DNA of 64,000 bases, from positions 22,710 to 86,709 of the IMG/VR virus record IMGVR_UViG_2862421350_000002. One strand, written 5' to 3'. Within the stretch, counting starts at the first letter, position 1. Each line of letters starts with the position of its first letter. Shown here piece after piece: positions 46,954-55,766 of the stretch. Source of the DNA: a virus (taxonomy: Duplodnaviria > Caudoviricetes). The notes below the pieces were generated by a model. It did no database searches. It was not told where the DNA came from and was given only the letters and a program-made list of their open reading frames with translations. The position numbers were made by a program, and so were the translations under genes.

Positions 46954-47171
46954 CCACGCCCTCCGCCCCCGTGTTCGAGCTCCAGACCTACGACTACTCC
47001 GCCAACAGGTGGGAGACGGCCGGCACGTATGACACCGCCACCGACAACCGGGCTGAAGGCAACGCGTACTACGCCTACCAGGTGCATTCGGCGGCCGGCC
47101 CGACCCGGCTCCTGAAGGACGGTGCCACCCACCAGGGCTACGACAACCCGGACGACTACTACACGCGGTAG
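46950..47171 (+). CDS. Small hypothetical protein
   Basis: Flanked by the 21-bp repeat CCCGGAAGGACCCCGATGACC (46935, 47215). Confidence 0.65.
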   Translation: MTTPSAPVFELQTYDYSANRWETAGTYDTATDNRAEGNAYYAYQVHSAAGPTRLLKDGATHQGYDNPDDYYTR

Positions 47172-47229
47172 CCGCTCTTTCCCGGGGCCGCCCGACGGGC
47201 GGGCCCACCCCTAACCCGGAAGGACCCCG

Positions 47230-47412
47230 ATGACCGACGTCCTTGCCCCTCTGCCCACTGCCGAGCAGCTCGCAGATCTGCTCCTCACCCCCGGCCGCAG
47301 CGAGGCCGCACTGACCGCGGAGTTGACCGCCCAGGCGGGCGCCCGGCCTGCCCGCCGGCTGCTGGCCGCCGCCCACAGCATCGCCGCGGAACGCCTGTGG
47401 GCTGCGGCATGA
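47230..47412 (+). CDS. Small hypothetical protein
   Basis: SD AAGGA. Confidence 0.55.
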   Translation: MTDVLAPLPTAEQLADLLLTPGRSEAALTAELTAQAGARPARRLLAAAHSIAAERLWAAA

Positions 47413-47495
47413 CGTACCTGTTACTCACCGCCGTGTTCATCGTCGCCATGCGAATCGCCGCTGGCGTCATCCTCACCAACCGCAAGGAGAACTGA
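47409..47495 (+). CDS. 28-aa membrane peptide with a TTA codon
   Basis: MTYLLLTAVFIVAMRIAAGVILTNRKEN; ATGA overlap; TTA at 47421. Confidence 0.45.
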   Translation: MTYLLLTAVFIVAMRIAAGVILTNRKEN

Positions 47496-47498
47496 CCC

Positions 47499-47966
47499 AT
47501 GACCAGCATCCAGAACCCCACCCCTTGGTCCGACTACGACTTCCTCGAGTTCGAGTGCTTCGTCTCCAAGGTCGGCATCGAGGGCTTCTCGTACGCCGCC
47601 GAGCACTACGGGCCCGAGTTCGAGAACGCCGAGCTCCAGAAGGTCACCGACGACCTGGGCACCCTGCGGGCTTTCTACCGGGAGCACTTCCCGAAGGTCG
47701 GCGCCTGGTACGAGACGGTCGGCGGTGAGCGCGCCTGCAACCTTCACAACGCGCACGTCGATGAGGCCCGGAAGCGGGAGGAGGACTCCTGCCTGTTCGC
47801 TGTCCGCTGCACCGACGGGCACGTCATCACCTACCGGACGGCCCCGGCCCGCGACACGCACGCCCAGTACCTCCTGGACAACCGGGGCAAGGGGTGGCGT
47901 GAGCCGGCCACGATGCTGCGCCGCCTGGTCCCGGGCGGGGAGTGGGCCGAGGAGCGTGCCGCATGA
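47499..47966 (+). CDS. Hypothetical protein
   Basis: SD AAGGAG, good codon bias. Confidence 0.7.
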   Translation: MTSIQNPTPWSDYDFLEFECFVSKVGIEGFSYAAEHYGPEFENAELQKVTDDLGTLRAFYREHFPKVGAWYETVGGERACNLHNAHVDEARKREEDSCLFAVRCTDGHVITYRTAPARDTHAQYLLDNRGKGWREPATMLRRLVPGGEWAEERAA

Positions 47967-48454
47967 CCACAACGGTTCCTACTGCTGACACTGCCCTGGC
48001 GAAGGCCCGCCTGATCCGTGACTGGCACGACAGCGGGGCCGGCCGCCACGCCGACCTGACCGACTGGGTGCAGTCGACCACCGCGGACGGTCTGCCGATG
48101 ATGTCCGCCCGTCTGGACGTGCTGCCGCCCGCCGGGGCGCTGGCGGTGTTCGCGGCCCGGCAGGAGGTGGAGGTCGCCCGGCGGTCGGGTGCGGGGGATG
48201 TGCTGCCCGCCCTGGACTACAGCGTGCCGGACCGTACGGCATGTGTGTGGCGCGAGGGCGGGGTGTGGGTGGAGGTGTGGCACCCGAACATCCCGGAACC
48301 GCCTGCGTCCCGCCCAGGGCCTCCCACGGCTGTCACAGCACCGCCCCGGCCCGTACCGGCTCCCCCACCGCGACCGCCCGCCGTCACCCCATCCGCGCCC
48401 CTCCCACGACGACCCGCCAACCGCTTCCGCCGCACACCCAAGGACCTCACGTGA
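47963..48454 (+). CDS. Hypothetical protein
   Basis: ATGA overlap; W..GGVWVEVWHP. Confidence 0.6.
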   Translation: MTTTVPTADTALAKARLIRDWHDSGAGRHADLTDWVQSTTADGLPMMSARLDVLPPAGALAVFAARQEVEVARRSGAGDVLPALDYSVPDRTACVWREGGVWVEVWHPNIPEPPASRPGPPTAVTAPPRPVPAPPPRPPAVTPSAPLPRRPANRFRRTPKDLT

Positions 48455-48642
48455 TGCCCGTCATCCGTCACCGGACCGCCCCGAACCCGGACGGGTGCCG
48501 GTGGTGCGGCTACGACAACCCGCACGGCTGGCAGTACCTGCCCGGGAAGGGCGGCCACCAGTGGGAGCAGCCCACCAACGCCCAACGACTCGCCCGCATG
48601 CGCGCCCGCCGGGCCCGCCGCGCCTACCGCAAGGAGAGCTGA
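48454..48642 (+). CDS. Small Cys/His protein (paralog of the 41396 N-domain)
   Basis: GCRWCG...HGWQ..PGKG.HQWEQPT. Confidence 0.65.
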   Translation: MPVIRHRTAPNPDGCRWCGYDNPHGWQYLPGKGGHQWEQPTNAQRLARMRARRARRAYRKES

Positions 48643-48644
48643 CC

Positions 48645-49046
48645 ATGTCGTACGCGCAGTACCTCACCGCCGAGGAGAAGCTCGAACAGGGCAAGCAGGC
48701 CCTCGGCATCCCCCGCATCGTCGTCATCTGCGGCAGCACCCGGTTTATGGCCGACATGCAGGAGGCGAACCTCCGGGAGACCGCGGCCGGCCACATCGTC
48801 GTCGCGCCGGGCTGCAACCTGAAGGAGCCGCACCCCTTGTGGGCCGGCGACATGCTGATGGCGCCGCTCAAAATCCGCCTGGACGACCTGCACCGGGCGA
48901 AAATCCGCCTCGCGGACGAGGTCCTGGTGGTGGGGGACTACATCGGCGACAGCACCCGTGCGGAGATCCAGTACGCGGCATCGCTGCGCAAGCCGATCCG
49001 CTACACCCACCCCGACGTCAACCCGCTGCTGGACGGTGCCGCATGA
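48645..49046 (+). CDS. Nucleoside deoxyribosyltransferase-like (DUF4406-type) protein
   Basis: IVVICGSTRF...LH..KI.LADEVLVV..YIG.ST..EI.YA. Confidence 0.7.
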   Translation: MSYAQYLTAEEKLEQGKQALGIPRIVVICGSTRFMADMQEANLRETAAGHIVVAPGCNLKEPHPLWAGDMLMAPLKIRLDDLHRAKIRLADEVLVVGDYIGDSTRAEIQYAASLRKPIRYTHPDVNPLLDGAA

Positions 49047-49251
49047 CCGACCGTGCCGCCGTGTTGGCGTACCTCCAGCAGGCCGGGCTCAGCACACCCC
49101 GCGCGAACGCCCACATCGAGGGGAGCGGCTCCGCAACGCGCTCTCTTCCGGGGAGGGCGCGGACTGGAACTGGTGGGACGCAGCCGTGATCCCCGGAGAG
49201 TGCGCAAACCTCATCGACCCGCCCGCCGACACCGCACCGAAGGAGCACTGA
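49043..49251 (+). pseudogene. Apparently frameshifted small gene
   Basis: Starts MTDRAAVLAYLQQAG in one frame; protein-like end (ERLRNAL...ANLIDP...KEH) in another. Confidence 0.4.
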
Positions 49252-49254
49252 CCC

Positions 49255-49899
49255 ATGACCGGTCCCGAGCACTACCGCAAGGCTGAGGGAATCCTCGACG
49301 ATCTCCGACGCGCCAGCTCCAACATCATGGGGCAGGCCAGGCCCGAAACTGTCACCCGGATGCTCACTGAAGCCCAGGTGCACGCCACGCTGGCCCTTGC
49401 TGCGGTCACCGCCCACCACATGGTCGCGACCTCCGGCAACGACCGCGACGAGTGGAGCGTGGCCATCCACGGTCGCGCCGTTGTTTGCGTGCACCCGGAG
49501 CACTACGAGGGCGAGTGCCCGTGCCCGCCGTCCTGCATCTGCTGCGGTTCTACCCCCGCCCCGCCTGCCGGGCCCGAGAGCTTGCCGTGTGGCCCCGTGC
49601 CGGACGTCTGCGACGCCGAGGCGGGCGACCCGTGCCGGAACCACGAACGGGAGCAGGCTCACGGCGAGGGCGAGCACGCCTTCTGCGGGCCCGAGTGCAC
49701 CGGCGTCGCCGAACCCGCTGCCAGCACCCTCGCGGCGTGGCTGAACCAGAGGTTCGACCCGCGCGGTCCGAGCTGGGACCGGCTCGACGAGGATGACCGC
49801 TCGTACTGGGAGCACCACGCCCGTGCTGTCCGCCGGGCCGTCGCACGCGGCGGGTTCAAGACGCCCGCCGACCCTGCTGCACCCGAGGCGACTCCGTGA
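49255..49899 (+). CDS. Hypothetical mosaic phage protein
   Basis: MTGPEHYRKAE...EAQVHATLALAA domain plus Cys-rich part. Confidence 0.7.
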   Translation: MTGPEHYRKAEGILDDLRRASSNIMGQARPETVTRMLTEAQVHATLALAAVTAHHMVATSGNDRDEWSVAIHGRAVVCVHPEHYEGECPCPPSCICCGSTPAPPAGPESLPCGPVPDVCDAEAGDPCRNHEREQAHGEGEHAFCGPECTGVAEPAASTLAAWLNQRFDPRGPSWDRLDEDDRSYWEHHARAVRRAVARGGFKTPADPAAPEATP

Positions 49900-50429
49900 C
49901 CGCCCCTGCCCGGGTGGGCCCGTCGCCTTCGGGTGGCGGGCCCGCCGCATCCCCGGACCTCGACGACCTGGCCGCCGACATCGGTGACCGCATCCGTGCC
50001 GAACGGCTGCACCGCGGCTGGTCCCAAGCCGAGCTTGGCGCCCGGGCCGGCGTGACCAAGAAGTACGTCGGGCTCGCCGAAGCCGGGCACACCAGTCTCC
50101 CCGTGGCCCGCCTCGCCCAGCTGTGCCACGGCCTACGCATGTCGATGAGCGACCTGCTGTCCGACGAGTGGCAGATGCCCGAGCGGAAGCAGCAGCCGGT
50201 CCTGACGCCCCGGCAGGTGCAGATCCTGGCCGAAGCCCGCACTGGGGCGCCGTTGTCCCGGATCGCGGTGCGGGTCGGCATGTCCCGGGAGTCAGTGTCC
50301 GCCCGGATGTCGGAGGTGTACCGGCAGTTGGACGTAGCGCACCTGCCGTACGGGCGCCGGGAGGCTGCGGTGCGGGTCGCGGTGGAGCGGGGACTGCTCG
50401 AACCGGCTGTTCTCGACGACGCAGCGTGA
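49896..50429 (+). CDS. XRE HTH fused to a LuxR-like HTH
   Basis: IGDRIRAER..RGWSQAELG.RAG, then LTPRQVQIL...G.....IA...GMS...V. Confidence 0.8.
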   Translation: MTAPARVGPSPSGGGPAASPDLDDLAADIGDRIRAERLHRGWSQAELGARAGVTKKYVGLAEAGHTSLPVARLAQLCHGLRMSMSDLLSDEWQMPERKQQPVLTPRQVQILAEARTGAPLSRIAVRVGMSRESVSARMSEVYRQLDVAHLPYGRREAAVRVAVERGLLEPAVLDDAA

Positions 50430-50575
50430 CCGACGGCGTGTGTCGTTGCCCGCCCCTCCCTCGATTCCTTGATCGATCTATCCCCTTGGCCCCGGGCGGA
50501 GACGCCTACCCACCGGTAGGGCCCGCCCGGGACACCCCGAGCCGTAACCCACCGTCACATCACCCTGGAGTCCCT

Positions 50576-50812
50576 GTGATCCGCAAGCACCGTTCGAGCA
50601 GCGTCTACCTGTCCCTCCTCATCCTCTGCGCCGTCCCGTACGGGGTGTTCATCAGCGCCATGCGCGCCCCGATGTGGCTGCACCTGATCGTGAGCGCTGT
50701 GGGTGGTCTCGCCATAGCCGTGGCGATGGCGCCGCTGGCCCGGGTGATTCTGCGGCGTCTGGATGACCGGGCGCTGGTCCGCCAGTCCCGGCCCGATGAC
50801 GGCCCCCGGTGA
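50576..50812 (+). CDS. Small two-TM membrane protein
   Basis: Two hydrophobic helices; SD GGAG. Confidence 0.6.
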   Translation: MIRKHRSSSVYLSLLILCAVPYGVFISAMRAPMWLHLIVSAVGGLAIAVAMAPLARVILRRLDDRALVRQSRPDDGPR

Positions 50813-51033
50813 CCGCCCGGCGCGGGTGGTGCGCGTACTGCCACCGGCTCATCACCGTCACCGCAGCCGGCCTGTGGCCCCACGGCCCCGGACGGGACTG
50901 CCGCGGCAACCACACCCTGCCCGCCGTGTATGACACCCGGCCCCGCCGCTACTGGCCGACCTGGCACAACGGCCGACGGGTGCACACCATCCCCGGACCC
51001 GACACCTGGAACCCCAAGGAGACCGCAGCATGA
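50809..51033 (+). CDS. Small Zn-finger protein
   Basis: CAYCHR...PHG...C.G. Confidence 0.6.
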   Translation: MTARRGWCAYCHRLITVTAAGLWPHGPGRDCRGNHTLPAVYDTRPRRYWPTWHNGRRVHTIPGPDTWNPKETAA

Positions 51034-51761
51034 TTCAGCAGCCTGAATCGTCCCCCTTCGTCCTCGACAACACGAAGCTCATGCAGATCACGGCCGTGGA
51101 CGTCAGATCAACCGCGAGCATCAGCATCCCCGGAGCCAACGGCCCGCTCGTCACTATCCACCCTGACGGTCGCCTGGAGTACGGGCCCGGTTACGAGCCC
51201 GACGAGGCGGCCCGCCTGTTCTGGGACGCGATGCGCCGGTGGGCCCCGTCGCCTATGGAGAAGCAGTTCGGGCGGCCGCTCACGGAACGGATCAACGCCA
51301 ACCTGGCACGTGGCCAGAAGGCCGAGGAGACGTTGCGGACGCTGGCCCTGATGTTCGAGGGTTTGCAGCGTCTCCTGGCCACCAGTTCCCGGGACTGGGG
51401 TGAGTACCGGGTCGACGCGTGGTTGTGGGCGGTGCTGCTCGGCTGGGACTGCAAGGAGGACGTACACGACGAGACGTGCGTCCACGGGGCCATGGAGGAA
51501 ATGCAGCAGCGGCACGGCTGGGATGACGCCGCCGTTGCGAAGGCCCGCCGATACCGAGCTGCGGTGCGTGCCGTCGAAGCGTTCGCCGAGGAGCATCCCG
51601 CCGCCGGCCACGTGTACCTGTCGACGGGCTGCTTGCACGGTGAGCACGCGTACTGCCAGTCGATGACAGGGCAGCAGGGGGAAAAGCGGCCGGGTCGGTG
51701 CAAGTTCTGCGACGCCCGGTGCACCTGCTCGTGCCACGGCGAGGCGGAGGGGGCGGCATGA
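51030..51761 (+). CDS. Hypothetical mosaic phage protein
   Basis: VTIHPDGRLEYG..Y.PDEAAR.FW; HVYLSTGCLHG.H.YC. Confidence 0.7.
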   Translation: MIQQPESSPFVLDNTKLMQITAVDVRSTASISIPGANGPLVTIHPDGRLEYGPGYEPDEAARLFWDAMRRWAPSPMEKQFGRPLTERINANLARGQKAEETLRTLALMFEGLQRLLATSSRDWGEYRVDAWLWAVLLGWDCKEDVHDETCVHGAMEEMQQRHGWDDAAVAKARRYRAAVRAVEAFAEEHPAAGHVYLSTGCLHGEHAYCQSMTGQQGEKRPGRCKFCDARCTCSCHGEAEGAA

Positions 51762-52342
51762 CCGAGACAGCTGAGGACCTGACGCGCCGGTATCTGGTGC
51801 CGGTGGCCCGCCTGAATCTGCCCTCCGAGCCGGACGTGATCCACCTGTCCGTGTACCAGTGGCTGCCTGCGTTCGATGCGTGGGCGACGGGCCCGGCGAT
51901 CTGCGGCAGTTCCACTCAGCAGGGGCCGCTGCTGAAGGCGACGGTGACATGCGAGGGCTGCCTGGCGTACCGGGGACGGTACGAGCGGATGCTGGCCCCC
52001 GGGTACCGGCCGGAGGACGACGACCCGGAAGTTCTGCGGGAGCGCCTGACGGCCGCCGTGGACGAGCGGGACCGGGCCCGGCGGTGGGCGGTCAGCCTGG
52101 AGAACGAGAACCGGCACCTTGGCGATCAGACCCGTGAAGCGAAGGAGCAGGCCCGGGTCGCTACGGTCGCCGCCCTGAACCTGCAACGCCAGACGCCGGA
52201 CGCCGCGCAACGCACCCTGGGCCGTATCCGGAAGGCGCGGACGTGGACGGCGGTGTGGGTCGAGCTGGGCCAGTACTTCGGGTTGACGGCGGAGCAGTGC
52301 GGTCTGGAGGCGCGGGCGCGCCGTCGGGGGGAGTCGCTGTGA
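51758..52342 (+). CDS. Hypothetical protein
   Basis: H...AICG...VTCEGC plus coiled coil. Confidence 0.65.
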   Translation: MTETAEDLTRRYLVPVARLNLPSEPDVIHLSVYQWLPAFDAWATGPAICGSSTQQGPLLKATVTCEGCLAYRGRYERMLAPGYRPEDDDPEVLRERLTAAVDERDRARRWAVSLENENRHLGDQTREAKEQARVATVAALNLQRQTPDAAQRTLGRIRKARTWTAVWVELGQYFGLTAEQCGLEARARRRGESL

Positions 52343-52983
52343 TGGGCCGGAACAGTGCGGCCGCCCAGGCTGCTGTCCTGCGCGCGCAGAAGGCGGATGG
52401 CTTGGCCGCCCAATGGGAGCACGGGGCGAAGGGCGAGAAGGCCACTGAGCGGCTCCTGCGCGCGCTGAACGGCCCGTGGTGGCGTCGGTGGCTTCGGAAG
52501 GCACTGGGGCGGCCGGGATGGGTGATCCGGCACGACCTCCGGTTACGGGGCCGCCGGTTCAACATCGATCACGTTGCCGTGTCGCCGTGCGGTACTGCGG
52601 TAGTCGCCCTGGACACGAAGAACTGGCACTGCGGCCGCACCACGACGGAAGTGTCGGGGCGGGTGTTCTGCGGGGACGAGGACCGGCACGACCAGGTCGA
52701 GAAGGTTGTGAACTACGCGCGGCTGATCGAGGCGGCGCTGGGCATGCCGGGGGTGTCGGTGCTGCCGCTGGTGGTGGTGCACGGCTCCCTGGTGGCCGGC
52801 GGGTTTCTTGAGGCCCGGGTGGATGGCTGGAGCGGTCCGGTTTACGTCCTGGGGCCGGCCCGTCTGGTGCCGACGTTGGCCGCCGCCCCGAAGGTTCACG
52901 ACCCGGCCCGGGCAGCTGCGGTGGCGGCCCGGGTGGACAGGGTGTTGCTGCCTTACGTCCCGGGGCCGCGCCGCGTACGGTGA
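52342..52983 (+). CDS. NERD-domain nuclease
   Basis: GAKGE, W...HDL, NIDHVAV.P.G.V..DTKNW; in-frame TTA at 52543. Confidence 0.85.
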   Translation: MGRNSAAAQAAVLRAQKADGLAAQWEHGAKGEKATERLLRALNGPWWRRWLRKALGRPGWVIRHDLRLRGRRFNIDHVAVSPCGTAVVALDTKNWHCGRTTTEVSGRVFCGDEDRHDQVEKVVNYARLIEAALGMPGVSVLPLVVVHGSLVAGGFLEARVDGWSGPVYVLGPARLVPTLAAAPKVHDPARAAAVAARVDRVLLPYVPGPRRVR

Positions 52984-53096
52984 TCGTGAGGGTGCCGCCC
53001 TGCTTGTGGCCCACTGCCCCGCTTGGGGTGGTGGGCCACTTTCGTTGCGTCCGGACCCTCCATGCGGTGTTGCCGTACCGGTCGTACGCTGGGGTT

Positions 53097-53222
53097 ATGA
53101 GCGTCCAGACCGGCCCGTGCGCCTCCTGCCAGCAGCCCACCCACCGGTACGGGCACGGCGGGAACCCGCTGTGTGCGTCGTGCCGGGCGCTCCTCCCCGC
53201 GAGGAAGCCGACCGCGGCCTGA
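53097..53222 (+). CDS. Leaderless small Zn-finger protein
   Basis: TACGCT 6 nt before the ATG; CASC...YG.GG.PLC.SC. Confidence 0.55.
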   Translation: MSVQTGPCASCQQPTHRYGHGGNPLCASCRALLPARKPTAA

Positions 53223-53340
53223 CCGGTCGGCCCGCGGGAGCAACGGAAGGCCTTCGACAAGGTGGCGTTATCCGGAGGCGCTGACCGGGTGTAGATCCTG
53301 GTTCTACGATGAGTGCTCGCGTCGAGCTGGGAGGCCGCTG

Positions 53341-53817
53341 ATGGCTGCCGTTGAGCACACTCCGGACTACCCGCCGAAGACCCCGCCACCGCCGAAGCGC
53401 CCCGTGTCGCCGCCGCGCCCGGAGGCGAGCCTGGTGGGTACGGCCCGGGCGCGGATGCAGGTGCGGAATCGGCGTAGCGCGAACTGGTCCCTGGAGGCCG
53501 CGGCCTGGTCCCCGCAGAAGGCGTCCGCCCACGTGCTGGGCCGGTTGCACGAGTGGGGGTACCGGGAGGTCGACGAGGCGGCGTCCTCGTTGACGGAGCT
53601 GCTGGTGCGGACCGCGGTCGCGGACGGCGGCCGGCGCGTCTCCGTACACCTCGCGGACCAGAACCGGCAGGCGTTGATCGTGGCCCTATCGCACCGGCCG
53701 GGGTTGGCGGTCGCCGACGACGCGGTGCTGCCGGAGCTGACGGGGCTGGGTGCGGTGTCGTGCGGGACGGACACGGCGGAGGACGGGCGCAGGGTGTGGG
53801 CGGTGCTCGACCTGTAG
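53341..53817 (+). CDS. Degenerate HATPase-like (anti-sigma-factor-type) protein
   Basis: L.EWG.....A..LTELLV.TAV and G......GRRVWA.L; ATP-binding N and G boxes missing. Confidence 0.6.
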   Translation: MAAVEHTPDYPPKTPPPPKRPVSPPRPEASLVGTARARMQVRNRRSANWSLEAAAWSPQKASAHVLGRLHEWGYREVDEAASSLTELLVRTAVADGGRRVSVHLADQNRQALIVALSHRPGLAVADDAVLPELTGLGAVSCGTDTAEDGRRVWAVLDL

Positions 53818-53851
53818 TGGGTCGGCTCTCGCCCCCGTCACCCTTCCGGGT

Positions 53852-53898
53852 GAATCCTAGGAGCCCCCTTGCTTTCAATCTTAGGGGGGTGCTAACTT
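53852..53898 (+). promoter_or_regulatory. Promoter for 53944
   Basis: TTGCTT-18-TAACTT, with AATC(C/T)TAGG repeated on both sides of the -35. Confidence 0.5.
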
Positions 53899-53943
53899 TG
53901 AGTTGTCGGCGGGGGAAGCCCCGAACAACCCGAGGAGATCACC

Positions 53944-55152
53944 ATGCTGCGAGTCATTCGCTCCACCATTCAGGGCCTCAACATCGACGCCGACCTCGAA
54001 GACGACTACGCAGCAGCCGCCGAAGCCGGAGAACTCCTCCACGAGACGCACACCAGCGACAAGAACCTCACCATCGAGGTCCGCGCCTACACCGACCCCG
54101 CCGGCCAGAACCGGTTCGCCGTCCTCTACACCCACGGCGCGGACCTCGACTGGCATGACACCAGCGACTACACCGAAGCCCGCAACTCCTACGAGGAGAG
54201 CGTCCGCGAGACCGAGAAGGGCGTGACACTCGACGTCGACGATGACGACAACGAGATCCCGCTCTTCGACACCACCGACGTACGCGGCGTCGCCAACTAC
54301 GAGGAAGGCTCCGAGGAGTCGGGCGAGGCCGAGGCGTACTTGCTGCTCGCCGAGTGGGCCACCGCCGAGGCCGAGAAGGCGCAGGAGATCGCCGCCGAGA
54401 AGACGCAGGCCCGGCAGGCCGCCTACGCCCTCGCCATCGACACCTTCGGCCGCGGCGGCAACGCCGTCCTGGCCCGCCGCGTTGGGAAGAGCGAGCCGAC
54501 CGTGAAGGACATCGCCGACCGGGGCCGGCTGATCCTGGAGGCACAGCGCCGGGAGCAGTTCTCCGTCGACCTGTTCGAGGACAACGCGGGCGGCCTGTAC
54601 CTGCGCAAGGCCGGTGACACCACCGGCTGGTCCCTGGGTGCCGGGGCCGAGCACACCTGCGGGCCATTCACGGATGACGCGAAGGCCTGGCGCGACGGCG
54701 ACTGGGAGCCGAACCAGGGCGACGGCCAGACCCCGAACTACGGCATGGACGTCACCAACCTGACCCACATCGCCACGTGGTCCGCCAAGAAGGGGCTGAA
54801 GGTCATCAACGGTCAGGCCGGAGGTCCGGCAGCAGGGGCGGCGGGCAGCATCTACCTGAAGCTGACCCGGCACGCCACGACGCTCGGAGCCTGGGGGAAC
54901 TACACCCCTCACGGCACGATCGAGGAGAGTGCCATCGCGGCCCTGGGCGACGCCGCCGGGCAGTACAACATTGCAGGCATCGCTCGGGACTGGCGGCAGG
55001 CGGTCAACGAGGCCCTCCCGGACGGGGTGTCGCTTACGAACGTGGCGTTCACGGGCCCGGTGTACCCGAACTTCCCGATGGAGGGCCTTGAGCTCGACGC
55101 GGTGATCAACGAGGTGGACTTCCAGAAGATCGCCGCCCGGCACAAGCTGTAG
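53944..55152 (+). CDS. Acidic multi-domain hypothetical protein (own promoter and terminator)
   Basis: SD GAGGAG; central HTH-like GGNAVLARRVGKSEPTVKDI. Confidence 0.75.
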   Translation: MLRVIRSTIQGLNIDADLEDDYAAAAEAGELLHETHTSDKNLTIEVRAYTDPAGQNRFAVLYTHGADLDWHDTSDYTEARNSYEESVRETEKGVTLDVDDDDNEIPLFDTTDVRGVANYEEGSEESGEAEAYLLLAEWATAEAEKAQEIAAEKTQARQAAYALAIDTFGRGGNAVLARRVGKSEPTVKDIADRGRLILEAQRREQFSVDLFEDNAGGLYLRKAGDTTGWSLGAGAEHTCGPFTDDAKAWRDGDWEPNQGDGQTPNYGMDVTNLTHIATWSAKKGLKVINGQAGGPAAGAAGSIYLKLTRHATTLGAWGNYTPHGTIEESAIAALGDAAGQYNIAGIARDWRQAVNEALPDGVSLTNVAFTGPVYPNFPMEGLELDAVINEVDFQKIAARHKL

Positions 55153-55166
55153 AAAACGCTGCGCAC

Positions 55167-55206
55167 GCAGAGCGGCCCCTGCCCGTCTGGGTGGGGGCCG
55201 CTCTGC
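55167..55206. terminator. Terminator at the convergence of the two arms
   Basis: GCAGAGCGGCCCC / GGGGCCGCTCTGC. Confidence 0.8.
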
Positions 55207-55251
55207 TGTGTGTCCGGTGGTGGCATCGGCTTCGAGGCGGGACCACCCCGT

Positions 55252-55540
55252 GGTTTTGTTCACGACTTCGAGCAGCACTTGTTCACGGTTTCGGGAGGCG
55301 CCCGGTGCCCCCGCGAGTCGATGTTCACGAGAACGGGAGGCACGTGCCCGCGGTCGGCAACGGCGCGATGGCCACCACTGCACTCGCCCGTGGCCAGCGC
55401 TTTTGCTCGGGCCGCCGCGGCGCGGACGACGGCGAGCGGACGGTCGCCACCGTGGTGCTGTCCGTTCTCGTGAACATCGGACGCGGGCGGGTGCCTCCCG
55501 AACTGCTGCCGAAACGCTGCTCTGCGACGTGAACAGAGCC
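55252..55540. repeat. ~290-bp element with long degenerate inverted arms
   Basis: Perfect 18-bp IR at 55319-55336 / 55462-55479; TGTTCACG occurs five times, mirrored. Confidence 0.7.
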
Positions 55541-55690
55541 AGGGGCGCGGGTAACGATCCAGTCGGGTCCCGCCGCCTCAATGCGAACGCAGCGGTGGTG
55601 GTCGCGGCCGAAGGCGCCGTGGGCAAATCCGTGGATGCCGTCGCCGACCGCGAGAGGACGGTTCGCCGGGCTGGGATGGGAAGGGCTCAT
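55325..55690 (-). CDS. Hypothetical protein, probably interrupted by the IR element
   Basis: LAVGD.IHGFA.GAFGRD...CVRIEA.GPDWIV.R, then runs into the repeat. Confidence 0.45.
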   Translation of the reverse strand: MSPSHPSPANRPLAVGDGIHGFAHGAFGRDHHRCVRIEAAGPDWIVTRAPGSVHVAEQRFGSSSGGTRPRPMFTRTDSTTVATVRSPSSAPRRPEQKRWPRASAVVAIAPLPTAGTCLPFS

Positions 55691-55766
55691 GTCTTCCATG
55701 CTGTGCCCGCTGGCGCGGTTTGTTGCCCCCGATCGGGTGCGGGCCGACGCGGGGGCGCGGGGCGGG

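Noticed and set aside
55257-55329. GTTCAC repeats as PhoP boxes
   Set aside because: Spacings of 23 and 42 bp do not fit 11-nt direct repeat units
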